From contig JAQFVV010000001.1 of NCBI GenBank assembly GCA_028023455.1, positions 16,802,001-16,866,000 on the forward strand: DNA of 64,000 bases, given 5' to 3'. The DNA is from Epiperipatus broadwayi. Its lineage: Eukaryota > Animalia > Onychophora. Positions 40,619 to 53,100 of this stretch are shown here, one piece after another. The notes beneath the pieces were generated by a model. The model was not told where the DNA came from, made no database searches, and saw only the letters and a list, made by a program, of their open reading frames with translations. The position numbers and the translations under genes were made by a program. The first letter of the stretch is position 1; each line of letters starts with the position of its first letter.

Positions 40619-40744
40619 ATATATATATATATATATATATTGTCATACATAATGCCAATCTATCTAGTAATTAAATATTGTTAATTAAATATTTTTGTAA
40701 TTTAATATCTGAGATATTAGCAGAAAATCAAATGTATTAGAAAT

Positions 40745-43216
40745 TGTTATATCTCATTTTACCTTCAAATAATGGACAAGTCCAGATTCCATCTTATCTT
40801 GATCAGATTGAGCATTCATCACCAAGGACCAATGGATATACAAATAGATAATATATATCTAATAGTAGAATTGGGCCAATGGGCAATGAGGCTCAGTGAA
40901 TCTGATTGTTTACATTATGGAAAGAGATCTGGCTATAAGTAGTCAATCCATTTGGTGGTAACATCAGACAACACATGTCAAAATTGAACAACACTACACT
41001 ATTTGTCCATTATACAGTTAATGCAGTGATGTAATTTCATGTTCAGAACTGGAATCTGCTAAAATCTAATCAGACAGACACAAGGTCTACTCATGAGGCA
41101 AGTTGTCACAGTACAGATGGAAGTGATAGATAATTTTATAAAGCACTTGAAGTCCCTTCTTTTTATAATTGCATGGCAATGAAAATTTATAATCTAACCA
41201 ACAGTATCAGGTGAAGGTATAAGATTATATATATATATAGTGCAAATATCCATTTTATTTTAATAAATATAAAATGTATTTTACAAGTTTGTATTTAGAT
41301 ATAATCATTTCACATACAGTTATGATAGGATATTGACAAGTAACATTATTAGCACAACAATAAAACATTAAAAACAAATGTGAGTAATTATTCATTAACA
41401 ATAAAGGCAGAATCTCTTCTCCCAATCCCATGAGTTCTTTAGATCTGTGAAATTATAAAAAAAAGTTAGCTAACATTAAAAAAAAAACAAACAAAAAAAA
41501 CATTAATGGCATATAGTAATTTTTTAAAGAATAGTTGATTTTTTCCTCTCTCAGACCAATAGAGAAAAAAAAAAATCAAAATGATTAATTAGAAGAGTGT
41601 GAACCAGCCTATTCTGAAAATTGGCAACCTACAAAGATTGAGTACTTTTCTATTAGCAGGATAATAAAATCAAAAAGACTGACTTAAATTAAGTCACATT
41701 GACCTCAGTCTTTGGATCTCAGACTTCTTGAATTTGCAAAGCATATATTAACACACTTTTTCTGTCCAAAACCCTTAATGATAATGCATAGATGTTACTT
41801 TAATCTCTGTACCCAAGAGAATAAAAGAAAGTGAAAGATTTTGTGTTAAATATCAGGAATCTGGCCTTAAAATATGATTTTAAAGACATCCTTAATGAAG
41901 CTCTGAGAGATTGTTTTATTTGTGGTATGATAGACCAAAACTTTAGAGTTAAGCTCCTGATGGAAACTGATATCCTTTTGATTCAGCTGCCTCTCAAGTC
42001 TGTCTAGTGAAGTCAACAGTGAGTTAAGCAAGTATGTTGAAGAAAATGAATTACAGCACTAGACCAGAAAATTGGGTCAAATAAATACTCAGATAACAAT
42101 AAAAAACTGCCCAAATAAATCAGCAACAAGCATAAAAAACATCATTAGAGATGTGATAAATCAAAAACATGTACACACTGAATATCCACAAAGCCAGAAA
42201 TATAAAATAAAAACAAATCATATCAAAGCATGTATAAGTAATGTGAAAGGCATTTACTCTGCTTTCATATATAAATTTTTTATTAATGATATATTAGTAA
42301 CAATGAAACTGGACATTGCATCTCCAATGTCCATTGTGCCAAGAAAAAGACATGAGTTATCATTAGTAAGAAAAATAAACATCAGCTGCCTTCTAGTAGC
42401 AAAACAATCATTGACTGTCAAGGCAATTAAATATTATTTTTGAGATAAACAAGTGTTAAAATTACTATGCATAATGAAAGTATATCAGCATCTGGTTGGG
42501 TCATCAGGTGAATATAACAATTTATTAGGCCATGACTGGTTCCATCACTTAGGTTTTGCAGTAATTAAAGTGAACTAGCTTACAAACATAAATTCAAAAA
42601 TGGTCTACTTAGAAATAGTTATTAATAAACTGGGTTTGAATCCTAAAGTAAGTCATGAAAGCAAAACTGCAAAAACAGATAGGTGCTCAATTCCTATGCC
42701 ATATGTTCAAGGGAATTACCAAATGAGTTCCAGCAGTTGTGATCAAAGTGAAATGATCATCATCAGTGGTGGTTTAAATAGCAGATAGACAGAAACATCA
42801 TAAACACAAAATACAACATCAACCATCAGTAAATAATCACCAGCCAAAAGTGATGAGTCACTCTACAAATGAAAACATTGGATCTGCTGATGAAGTCACC
42901 AAACCTGAAGATTCCAGAAAGGGACAAATACATTGACCAAAGCATCTGCATGACTACATTCTTCAGGAATAATTTTAGCTAGGGGGAAAGAGAAATGTTA
43001 TATCTCACTTTACCTTCAGATAGTGGACTAATTCAGATTCCATTTTATCTTGATCAGATTAATCATTCATCACTACAGACCAATAAATATACAAAATAGA
43101 TCACATATATCCAATAGAAGAAACAGGCCAATGGGTGATGATGCTCAATCCAATTAAGATAAAATGGAATCTGGACTAGTCCATCATGTGAAGGTAAGGA
43201 AAGTGTCTAGTTAACA
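40745..43216 (+). mobile_element. Internally deleted Gypsy-like LTR element with self-complementary LTRs
   Basis: Direct repeats begin TGTTATATCTCA at 40745 and 42996. A PPT agggggaaagagaaa abuts the right repeat. Gag motifs ENWQ..EYF and LNEALRDCFICG..KLL, and protease MKLDIASPMSIV. No RT seen and no TSD found. Confidence 0.7.
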
Positions 43217-45373
43217 AGAGTGAATAAATCCATTACAATAAAAAAATCTCTAGTGTAATAACAAATCAAACATTTTTTTAAAAGTATTATACTATAAAAA
43301 GAACCTTAAAGTAAGTAAGAAAAACATTTTTTGATTATTTTAATAATGTTGAATGTTAAATAAAATTTTAACATTTCTAAAATACATTAACATATATTTA
43401 TAAATAATATTCTTTGGTTGATTCTATCAATTAATGAAAACACTGAAGTCAGTCAAGTATATATGTGTGTAACATAATATTTATTGCTAACCTGATTAAT
43501 AATTAAAAACTATCATTAATAAAGTATTTTGTTTGTTTAAGTCTCAAAATTTTCCCCCAACTTAATATTTCTTTTATATATTTATTCAATTGATTGTTGG
43601 ACATTTCAAATCTGCATATTCATAAGCTAGAATAGTCAAATGTTAAAGTACATTGCATATTATAATTTATTGGCCATGTCTAGAGGCTAGATGCCATTTA
43701 AAAGGATCTGTATGTAGTTGAATTAGTTTTTCTATTTTATTACATCCATATGCAATAATATATTGAATGCCATTGTGTAGATTTTTAAAAAATTTCATGA
43801 CATGTTTGAAACTGCATACTCATGTATCCTGCATTTTGGAGCACAAAAGTGTGTGAGACTTTTTGTAAATAAACATAGTCAATTTCATTTAATTATGAAC
43901 CAGGTATTCCATTACTGTATACAGTACTGGTTGAGATTCCATTTAGAAATAAAGCTAGTCTGATCTTATAATACTTAGCCACACAATAAAATTATATATA
44001 TATATAGAAAAGGAAAGAAATAATATAAATAAAAAGATCCAGATGGGATTTTTTTTAAAGTTGCAAACTATTTACGTCGTTTTTTCTTAGTCATAGCAAT
44101 ATGACATATATCAATAAAGAAGAAATATAATTTAAAAAAAATTGTAATAATACATAAAATTACTTGCATTTGTCATGTGAAATCCTAAATAGCATTTGTA
44201 TTTAAAAAATTGTGAGAAACACTAGTTTTTTTTCAATTTTGTTGTTTAGAAGGCATTGAGAGAAAACTTTCTTGCTTTAAGAAAGCTGTGATATTGTCAT
44301 AGCCACAAAGACTTTTTTGATCAACTTTACCAGTAAAACTTTTTTTAAAAGCATTCCATAAAGTTAAGCTGATTAGAATAACAGAGCTATCTTGTGAATT
44401 ATTAGCACAGCTAATATGGAAAAAACATACAACTGAAAATCTCATTATGCTGGGATGAAAAAATTTAATTAGTACATTTATCAATTAAAATCTAGAACTA
44501 TGTAACCTCCTGCAGATGCCAATTTTAAAACTATGTCATTTCTGTATGTACCAACCATTGAAAAGCTAGAACAAGTAGTATATGTCATCTTTCACATGAA
44601 TTTTATTAGCCTATGAATGATGAATTCATAATCTGGTTATACTATTCTATTTGAAGAAGACATCAGAAAAGTATAACAAATGAAGCCTTGAACTTGTCTG
44701 ATAGTGACTATTCTAAATCAGTGTTCTTTTCAAATCATTTAAGTATAAAATTAAAATTTTTATCATATGATAAGATCAATTTTTATTTAAAATAAAAGGT
44801 CTTTATAAAAAATATTGATAGCAAATATTAAAATTAATAGTAATATTCTCTAAATAATTTTAACATTCTAGTTTCCTTTTAAATATATATTTTTCTTCTA
44901 AATATACTTTTTATTTGAAATGCTAGAGCAAACAAAATTTATAATTAATTTCTTATTCAATTAATATTTTGTATTTATTATAACTTGTACATATTTGCTT
45001 ATTGATTGATTGCTATTTTACTAATCACATTTGTATGATTAAAGATACAGTTAAATAATAATAATTATAAGATTGTTTTATACTAGATGTAGGCATATCA
45101 GATGTCATAAGTAGTTTTTTTGTTTTAAGATTTTTAAAATGCAATTTTGTAAAATAAAAAGATTGAATATATTTTACTTTTAAAATATAATAAAACAATT
45201 TGTTAAAAAATGGATGGGGAGAAATCTAAAATATAATTAGAAAAAGATTTAAAACTCTTTTTTTCTCTCTCTTTTTAAAGAAAACTCTGTTTTATAAAGT
45301 AAAAAATAAATGTTAGTGGTAAGTTAGAATAAAATTTGTTTGTAAAAAAAAAGCTTTCAAAAAAAGTAACTAA

Positions 45374-45503
45374 TTTATAAGATTTCTGACTGATAATGAT
45401 ATTGAAATTGTATAAATTAAAAAACTATGCAAACTATAGTTTATAAGATTTCTGACTGATAATGATATTGAAATTGTATAAATTAAAAAACTATGCAAAC
45501 TAT
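45374..45503. repeat. Perfect 66-bp-period tandem duplication
   Basis: tttataagatttctgactgataatg...ctatgcaaactat occurs twice. Confidence 0.95.
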
Positions 45504-45679
45504 CAATGAGTTAGTAGATTAATCTAAGCAAAAGATTAGATTTAAGCAAATGTAAAAATAGTTAATTATAAACAGATTTTAAGTTAAGATCAAAATTAAA
45601 AAGAAACTACGATAATGAATTAAAACAATGAGAGAGAAAAAGTATATAAAGTGACTATGGCCTATTGCTCTTTAGTTAG

Positions 45680-45800
45680 GTCTGCATTTTGTGATTGAAT
45701 TATTCTGACTATCATTTTGTGATAGAATTAGTCTGGTCAATATTTTATGATTGAATAGTTATGGCCTTCATTTTGTGGTTGAACTAGTCTGGTCTTTATG
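45680..45800. repeat. Diverged ~28-bp minisatellite (~4 units)
   Basis: Repeating cattttgtgattgaattagtctggtc-like units. Confidence 0.6.
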
Positions 45801-46894
45801 CCATTATTGATTCAGTTTAGATTATTATTATTTAGTTCAAACAGAATGCAGAATGCTGACACAGCATTTTTCATTGAGAATCCAAACAACCAGTGATCCA
45901 AATATTCAAAATCTGTAAATGCAATAGTAAGCCAGTCATTACTGCTGCAGTCAAATATTAATGGAGAAACCACATAAGCCATACGAGCACCCAACAGGGT
46001 TTTATGTCCCAAGCCTTCAGCCATCAACTATCCCACCTGAATCAATACCTGGAATCAATGCTGTGATTATGAAGTAGGAGTTGCTGCATACTCTCTGCCT
46101 CTCATTGTTAGAAAGTAACCTGGAAGGAAAGCCATGAAGCCATCGATAGAGAACCAAAAAGCCAATCAGTTGCAAACTGACAATCATGAAATCCTAGATA
46201 AAGATATTTTTAAAAAATGATCTATAGATACTTTATATTTATTTTAAATAAACTTTAATTAATGAAAGACTATCATAATTTTAGCCTGAAAGTAATCATT
46301 TATATTTTATATAAATATTATATTGTGTTATTTTATATTATATTAAATATGTGTGTGAATAAATATTAATGTTTGCTTACATATTGTTTGGTCTATTCTC
46401 TCTCCTGTCAATGTGTTATTATTAATTTTAAGTATATAATTATTTTTATGTTTGTTAAGTTTAATGTGCTGGACCCTGGTTAAGAGTATGAGCTAAACAT
46501 GGGATATTTTAAGTGCTGGATTGTGTGCATGTCATCTGAAGCATGCTGACTATATAACTTCTTGTTGTCTCATGCCTGAGATTGATCCTCAAAACAAATA
46601 AAATGCTTTGGATGGCAGGTGTTTGAATCCAGTAGTTTAGTTGAGTCATGATGTGAAAATGTGATCTTGTTATGCTTTGCATAGCTTGATCTGACCACGG
46701 ATATTATTAATGGCTATGTTAGCAATGGTATTTCCCCCTCTGCTTGAAGGCTGGTTCATTCTCATATTATAAAGGATTATTTTAAAAGATATTTAAATCT
46801 ACAAAAATAATTTTTTTTTGTACCCAGTAAAATATATACATATATAACATTTAAGTACAAATATATTATCTATACAGAATTTAATGTAATAAGA

Positions 46895-47265
46895 AGGAAT
46901 TTGAACTCAGACTTTCAAGATCTATACATCTACCCATTTCATCTTATACAACTGATATACTTGACAACATACAAGTGAAAAAGATAAATGGATCTCCATT
47001 ATACATATTTTATGCTGAACCAGCACTTATCAGTTTGTCCATTAAGTTTGAAGATTTGCTATCTTAATATAAACTGAGCACTGATTATATATATATATAT
47101 ATGTGTGTGGGGGGGGGAGATGATCAGGATCAACTGATGAATGCTGGTTCAGTACAAAATATATTTACTGGAAATCATTTATTTTTTTCACATGTATGTG
47201 GTCACATGTATTGGTTGTATAAGATGGAGTGAATAGATGTAGGGAGCTTAAAGACTAATATATAT
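46895..47265. mobile_element. Older palindromic element with decayed hammerhead in each arm
   Basis: Arms ~46895-47040 / 47125-47265. Plus strand CTGATGA-ATGCTG-GTT-CAGTAC-AAAA (47134-59); minus strand CTGATAA-GTGCTG-GTT-CAGCAT-AAAA. A 51-bp tandem duplication follows at the right end. Confidence 0.65.
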
Positions 47266-48764
47266 ATATATATATAATAGTGAATAGATGTAGGGAGCTT
47301 AAAGACTAATATATATATATATATATAATTTAATAGCTGTGCTAAAGTTAAAGTAATCAATCAGAATTTTAGTATTTAGTCAGTTTTAACTAAGTAAAAA
47401 CTTATTAGAGCATAAAACAACATTCTACTCAAAAATAAGATTACTTGAGAAAGACAATTTTCTCTAAAATACATATATAATAAGAGAGGAAAAGTTTGAC
47501 TTTTAATAAAATATTGACTTATGACACTAGAAACTTAAGTTTGCTTATGATATATATGTTGAATTGGATTATTATTATGATAAATAATTGAAATGAAAAA
47601 GTTATATCTATGTAATCAGAGATAACTTGTAGCTTGATGTTGCCAAAAATTATCAATTACTGTTAATTTATAATTCCTGAGATTAAACAAATTTTCTCAT
47701 TAACCTATAATAGCTCTTTTGTTGGATGTTTTGTTAAAGTAAAAGGAGTCATAGAGTTATTTTATTTTAAAACATTGATATCTACATATATGTGACTGTT
47801 AAAAGCCAGTTTAAATTTGAATCAACATGATTTGTTATTAAAGCATATTTATTCAAGCTACCATAACCAAAAGAATCTCAGTGTAACTTATTTACTGTAG
47901 CCAAAAACCAGCCATCATACCACCCTGTGTTGAGACAATATGGAATACTTAACCATTTGCAAGCAGGTACAGTCACCATTTCAGTAAATTAAATTTACAG
48001 AATCTCAATGTAACATTAATAATAAAGTTTGTTATTTATATAAATATCTTTTCACTGTAGCCCAAAACCAATCATCATACCATTTACAGCAAATCATTTA
48101 CACTACGGATCTTGAGTTTTTATTTTATATATTAAACATAATTAAGCAAAGATTATATTTATGGTTTTCAGTATGTGTTTTTACATATGTATGTTGTATC
48201 CCATTTTGCATAATGATACACTTGATTTTGTCAGATAAAATACTTTTATCTTTTTATTAATTATTTTAATTAATTAATTATAAAAATAAGACATATTAAA
48301 AACTTAAAAACCTACTTATTTTTATATTTGCATAACTTTAAAAACTTTATATTAAAAATGAAAAAAATGGCACACATCAATTAAGATTTTTTATTTTATT
48401 TACTAAAGAAGATAAATTATGACAAATTCTTTAATTTTTTTATGTGACTAAAATTTTTATTAAATTACTCATTAATTTCTCTCCAGATCACTACTTATAA
48501 CACTTCTTATGTTTTAAACATATATGCAATTAAAAATGAATTCAAAAACAATTTTTTATTTTTTTTAAAATTTATTTTACCCTTAAATATTTTACTAACA
48601 TGAAAGTATTTATAAACAATGATTTTCTTTCTTTTTTTGCAATATTTAGAGATTACCAATAACAGTTCAATTTTGAATCTTCTACTAAAAAAAAAAGAAC
48701 AACAAGAAAACAATTAAACATAAAAACATTTCAAATAATATAAAAATATTCTTTAAATAAGTAA

Positions 48765-50120
48765 ATAACTCAGATTATATGTAACTGAACAGAAAGTAAC
48801 TGAAGCTTCCAGCGAGTTATATCTTGTTTGCAATCCTATAACAACCATCCAGCATCCCAGAAGTCAGACCAATGTTTCAAACCCCAGATATATTAGAAAC
48901 ATACACTTTTTTACACAATTCATTTAACACATGTTATAATTTAACTTTATATACATATTATTTCTAGTGACACTCCAAACTTTAATAATTTTTAACTCCC
49001 CCCCCCATCATATACCACCAAAACACACTGTGAAAAAAATGTGAAAAAAAAAACAAACAATTCCCAAGATGTACACCTTACCCTGAATTAGCATTCATCA
49101 CCTGGTCCAGATCACAATCTTCCCCACACACATCTTCATCACTTGTTCAGTACACATCCAGAAAGCAAACTATTATATTCCAAATGATGTGGCCTCAAAT
49201 CCTCTGCAGTACAACATTAATATAAACCACTTTAATGGATAATGTATCAGCAGTGACATAGAAATATCAACATCTGATTTTTTTGCCCATGTTGACAATG
49301 TTGATAAGTTTCACAGCTGAGGACAGTATTCACCTTTAACACCATATAGAGGGATTTACAATCATTGTACTATATTCAGAAAATGAAAGCAGAGCTTTAG
49401 TTTCAACATTCTTTAAATATGAAATGAACATTCAGTTAAAATAGATGTAAATGAATAAATAATTCAGATTATATATAACCAAAGCTTCCGATCAATTATA
49501 TCATGTTTGCAATCCTATAACAACCATCTATGCTGATGGATAGTTATAATATGATTGCAAACATGATATAACTCATTGGAAGTTTCAGTTATTTCTTGTT
49601 TAGTTATATACAGTCTGAGTTATTTACTTGTTTACATCTATTATAATTGAATTTTCATTTCACATTTAGAGGTTGTTAAAATCAAAGCTCTGCTTTGATC
49701 TCTGAATATAGTACAATGATTGTCCATCCCTCTATAAGATGTTAAAGTGGATACTTTCCCCACCTTGTGTGAAAAGTGCGAAACATCAATACTTTCAACA
49801 TGGGCAAAAAAATCAGGTGTTGATAGGTCTATGCCACTGCTGATACATTATCCTTTAATTATTAAATAAGACTTAAAAAAAACTTATTTGAGTTAGGAAT
49901 AATGTCTAGATTGGTAAATGATTAGTAACAGTTATTAATATATTTCTATTACAGTGGTTTATAATAATGTTGTACTGCAGAGGATTTGAGGACTGCCATT
50001 TGGATGATAGTAGTTTTCTATCTAGATGAGTACTGAACAAGTAATGAAGATATGTGTGAGAGATTATGATGTAACTTGGCTTATGAGTGCTGGTTCAGCA
50101 TGAAGTGCACATCTTGGAGC
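48765..50120. mobile_element. ~1-kb fold-back element (centre ~49531) with decayed hammerheads at the outer ends, plus an extra partial copy at 48765-48860
   Basis: 49060-49525 is the reverse complement of 49535-50115, with an insertion at ~49860-49945. CTTATGA-GTGCTG-GTT-CAGCAT-GAA-GTGCAC-ATC at 50080-50113 shares stem II with the 47-kb element. Confidence 0.65.
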
Positions 50121-53100
50121 TTTGTTGCTATATAAACTTAGTTTCTGACTTGGTTTTTAAATTATAAGTGAATTTTTTCTATTGTTTTAATTTTATGTAC
50201 AGATTAAATGTTCTGCAATCCATTAATATATTCAAAAAATTAAGAATGACTCTTACTTTTAACAACCTTTGAATATTAAGTAAAATATTAGTTTTAATAA
50301 TTGTAATAATAAATAAATAATAATAGCCAAAACTCAGTGGGAGGTAGTTACTTTCACTTTACAATTATTAGATATTTAGAAAATATGATTATTAATTTAT
50401 TATTATAAATATATCTGTATTTTTATTTGATAACGTGCCCTTTTCATTTTGTTTGCAATAGCAAGCTATATTCTCTTTTATTTCATTTTCTAAATCTGTA
50501 GAAGAGTTTTTACACACCCCTTATTTTACTTTCAAAAATCAAAACTTTATTCACATTTTAGAGTAGATACAAGAGAAATCAATGACAGCAAAAAATTAGT
50601 TGAATAACAAAGTCTCAGTGAATACATATAAATATGATATGTGATCAATGCATATAAAGAAATAAAAAGTTGCATTAGGGCCATGAAGCACTACATCATA
50701 ACATGATTGAGATGCAAAGGATGTAAAATCTATATACAAAGTTGATGAATTTTTATAAGGCAAAACAAAGTTTTAAAGGAAAATAATGAAAGTAATACAT
50801 TAAATCAATAACAGTCTTAAGAGTTACATAAAAAAAATATGATAGGTAAATTAATGCAAGTATAAAGAAAAAACCAAAATCAAAGGTTACACTAAGGCCT
50901 TAAGGCAGTGCATCATATACATCACCTGCTAGGGATACAGAGGAAGTCAAAGCTATATATATATAAGATTTTCAAATTCCACTGATTAATGACTTACTTG
51001 GCTTAAAGGTAAACAATATTTAAAAGTTGATATATAAAAGGAGCTATTAGGAATCGATAATTAGGATACATAAGTAAATTAATTATAAAGCATAGAACCA
51101 ATGTAAAATATATGTAATAAATACATAGGGTACATGAAAGATCTAAATAGTTACAGTTTAAATCTTTAATAGGTGAAAGATGGGATACATTATTTTTCTT
51201 ATTTTATTGTGCATATTATAAAGTTTGTACATCTACTTTCAATGAAAAACAAACTGCTAAAACCTTAAATCGCAAAACAATAAAGTAGTTTGACTTTCCT
51301 TTTCCAATGTGATGTTAAAGCCAATAATTTTTTATGACAAAATTTAAGGCAGTATTTTCAAGGACAAAAAGCTTTTCAAATTATTTCATTTAATTTTAAG
51401 TTTACTTAGCAAAATTAAAAAAAAAAGAAAGCAATCCATTCGTTTTCTCTTTTGTTATTTTTCTGATAAATGTAAAATAATTTGCTAACTTAGAATATCT
51501 AAAATTTTTAATTTACTAATTCTTACAATTTTAAAGTATTTTTTTTCTTCTAATATTTAAATCTTGATATAATACATTGAAAAACAACATCATATTTTTT
51601 GTAGAAATTACTTTTAAATCAATAATTTATTAATTACTGTATTCTAATCCCTGTAAGTAATTTCAATGTTTTAATGAAATATATTTTTATCATTTATTTT
51701 TCAAATCTTTATTATCTATACTATCATTTTAATATTTAATCATCTATTTTTATGAATCACATATATGAAATAGAGGCAGTTAATTCCTTGTAAATAGAAG
51801 TTAACTGAAGAAAGACGAAATTATTGTCATTGTCTAGAGCAGGGGTGGAAAACTCTTTTCAGTATCCATGTCTTCTCTCATGTTAATAGAATAAAATAAT
51901 AACACAATATGTAGCTATTTTTGTGACTTCTATATGTACTATTTAAATAAAATAATAATACATGCACTATCAATAGTACTATCACAAAAAATTTAAGTTT
52001 TTTTTATTATCATCAATTATACTACAGAATAATCAACTTTTACTATTTTATTTTAAATATATTTCTCACATGATAAAGTAATTAGTAGCATTATTTATTA
52101 AACATACACTCTGACATACACACACACACATATATATATATTGTGTCCTTTTCTATAGGTCAGTAATAGTTTATAACAGTCAATTACTAAAAATTTTAAA
52201 TTTTAGAATATGTTCTTTTGATTTATTAATTATATTGAGTCAATTATATCTTTAAAGTACAATTTGAAGCTAAAGAAAATGCGTAGTATATAAAATTATT
52301 TAAAAAATGGTTATGTAAAGCTTAAAATATTGTTGCATATGGTTGTAAAAGCTGGCCATATTAAATAACACAGCTATAAATAATTAAAAGTATATTTAAT
52401 AAATTCGATTTTAATAGTTTAAAACTTATAGTTAATAAATGCTATGTTTAAATTTATAATCATATTTAATAAGCAAAAATTAATATAGTATATTTTAAAA
52501 TAAACTTTATGATGGTGAAAATTATATCTAGTTCTATATTTTCTAAATTGTTCTTCCAAATTTTTTATAATTATTTTATATAATATAATAAGTGTATCAA
52601 TTTTATTAATCTGGGCAGAGAAATAGATTGAAAATCGTCTGTCAAAGTTATAATCATGTGACTTTTAATGTATACTATCACACACACGTGTGTTTGAATT
52701 AATAACAAAGTTTAAAATATTTTAAAAGTTATATTATAGAATTGGATAGAATTATTGCCTATCATAAAAGTAAATAGTATTAAACATTAAGTTAACTATC
52801 GTATAACATGCTTAAATGATGTAATAAAGACGAATACATTCATAATATAAAAATTAAATATTTTATTTAAATAAAAATAGATAAATTGAATATTAAGAAA
52901 TGGAATAAGTTATTAAATGTTGTTGTAAAAGTTATTTTAAATGTTTAAATAGTTTTAATAAAATAATAATTTATTGAAAAGTAATATTTTAAAATAATAT
53001 TTTGAGTTCATTACGTCATCATTTTTTTATTTTCAAATATAATTCTACTATAAATTGGAAATATATAAATTTGTTCTCAAGCTAAAGTAAGAATTAACCA

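Noticed and set aside
45830-46200. Possible RT fragment (NINGETT...RVL)
   Set aside because: The similarity is too weak and frameshifted to call by eye.
51805-51853. CTGAAGA...GAAA...GTC string followed by a single hAT-like TIR (CAGGGGTGGAAAAC)
   Set aside because: There is no stem II or stem I, and no partner TIR or TSD was found.
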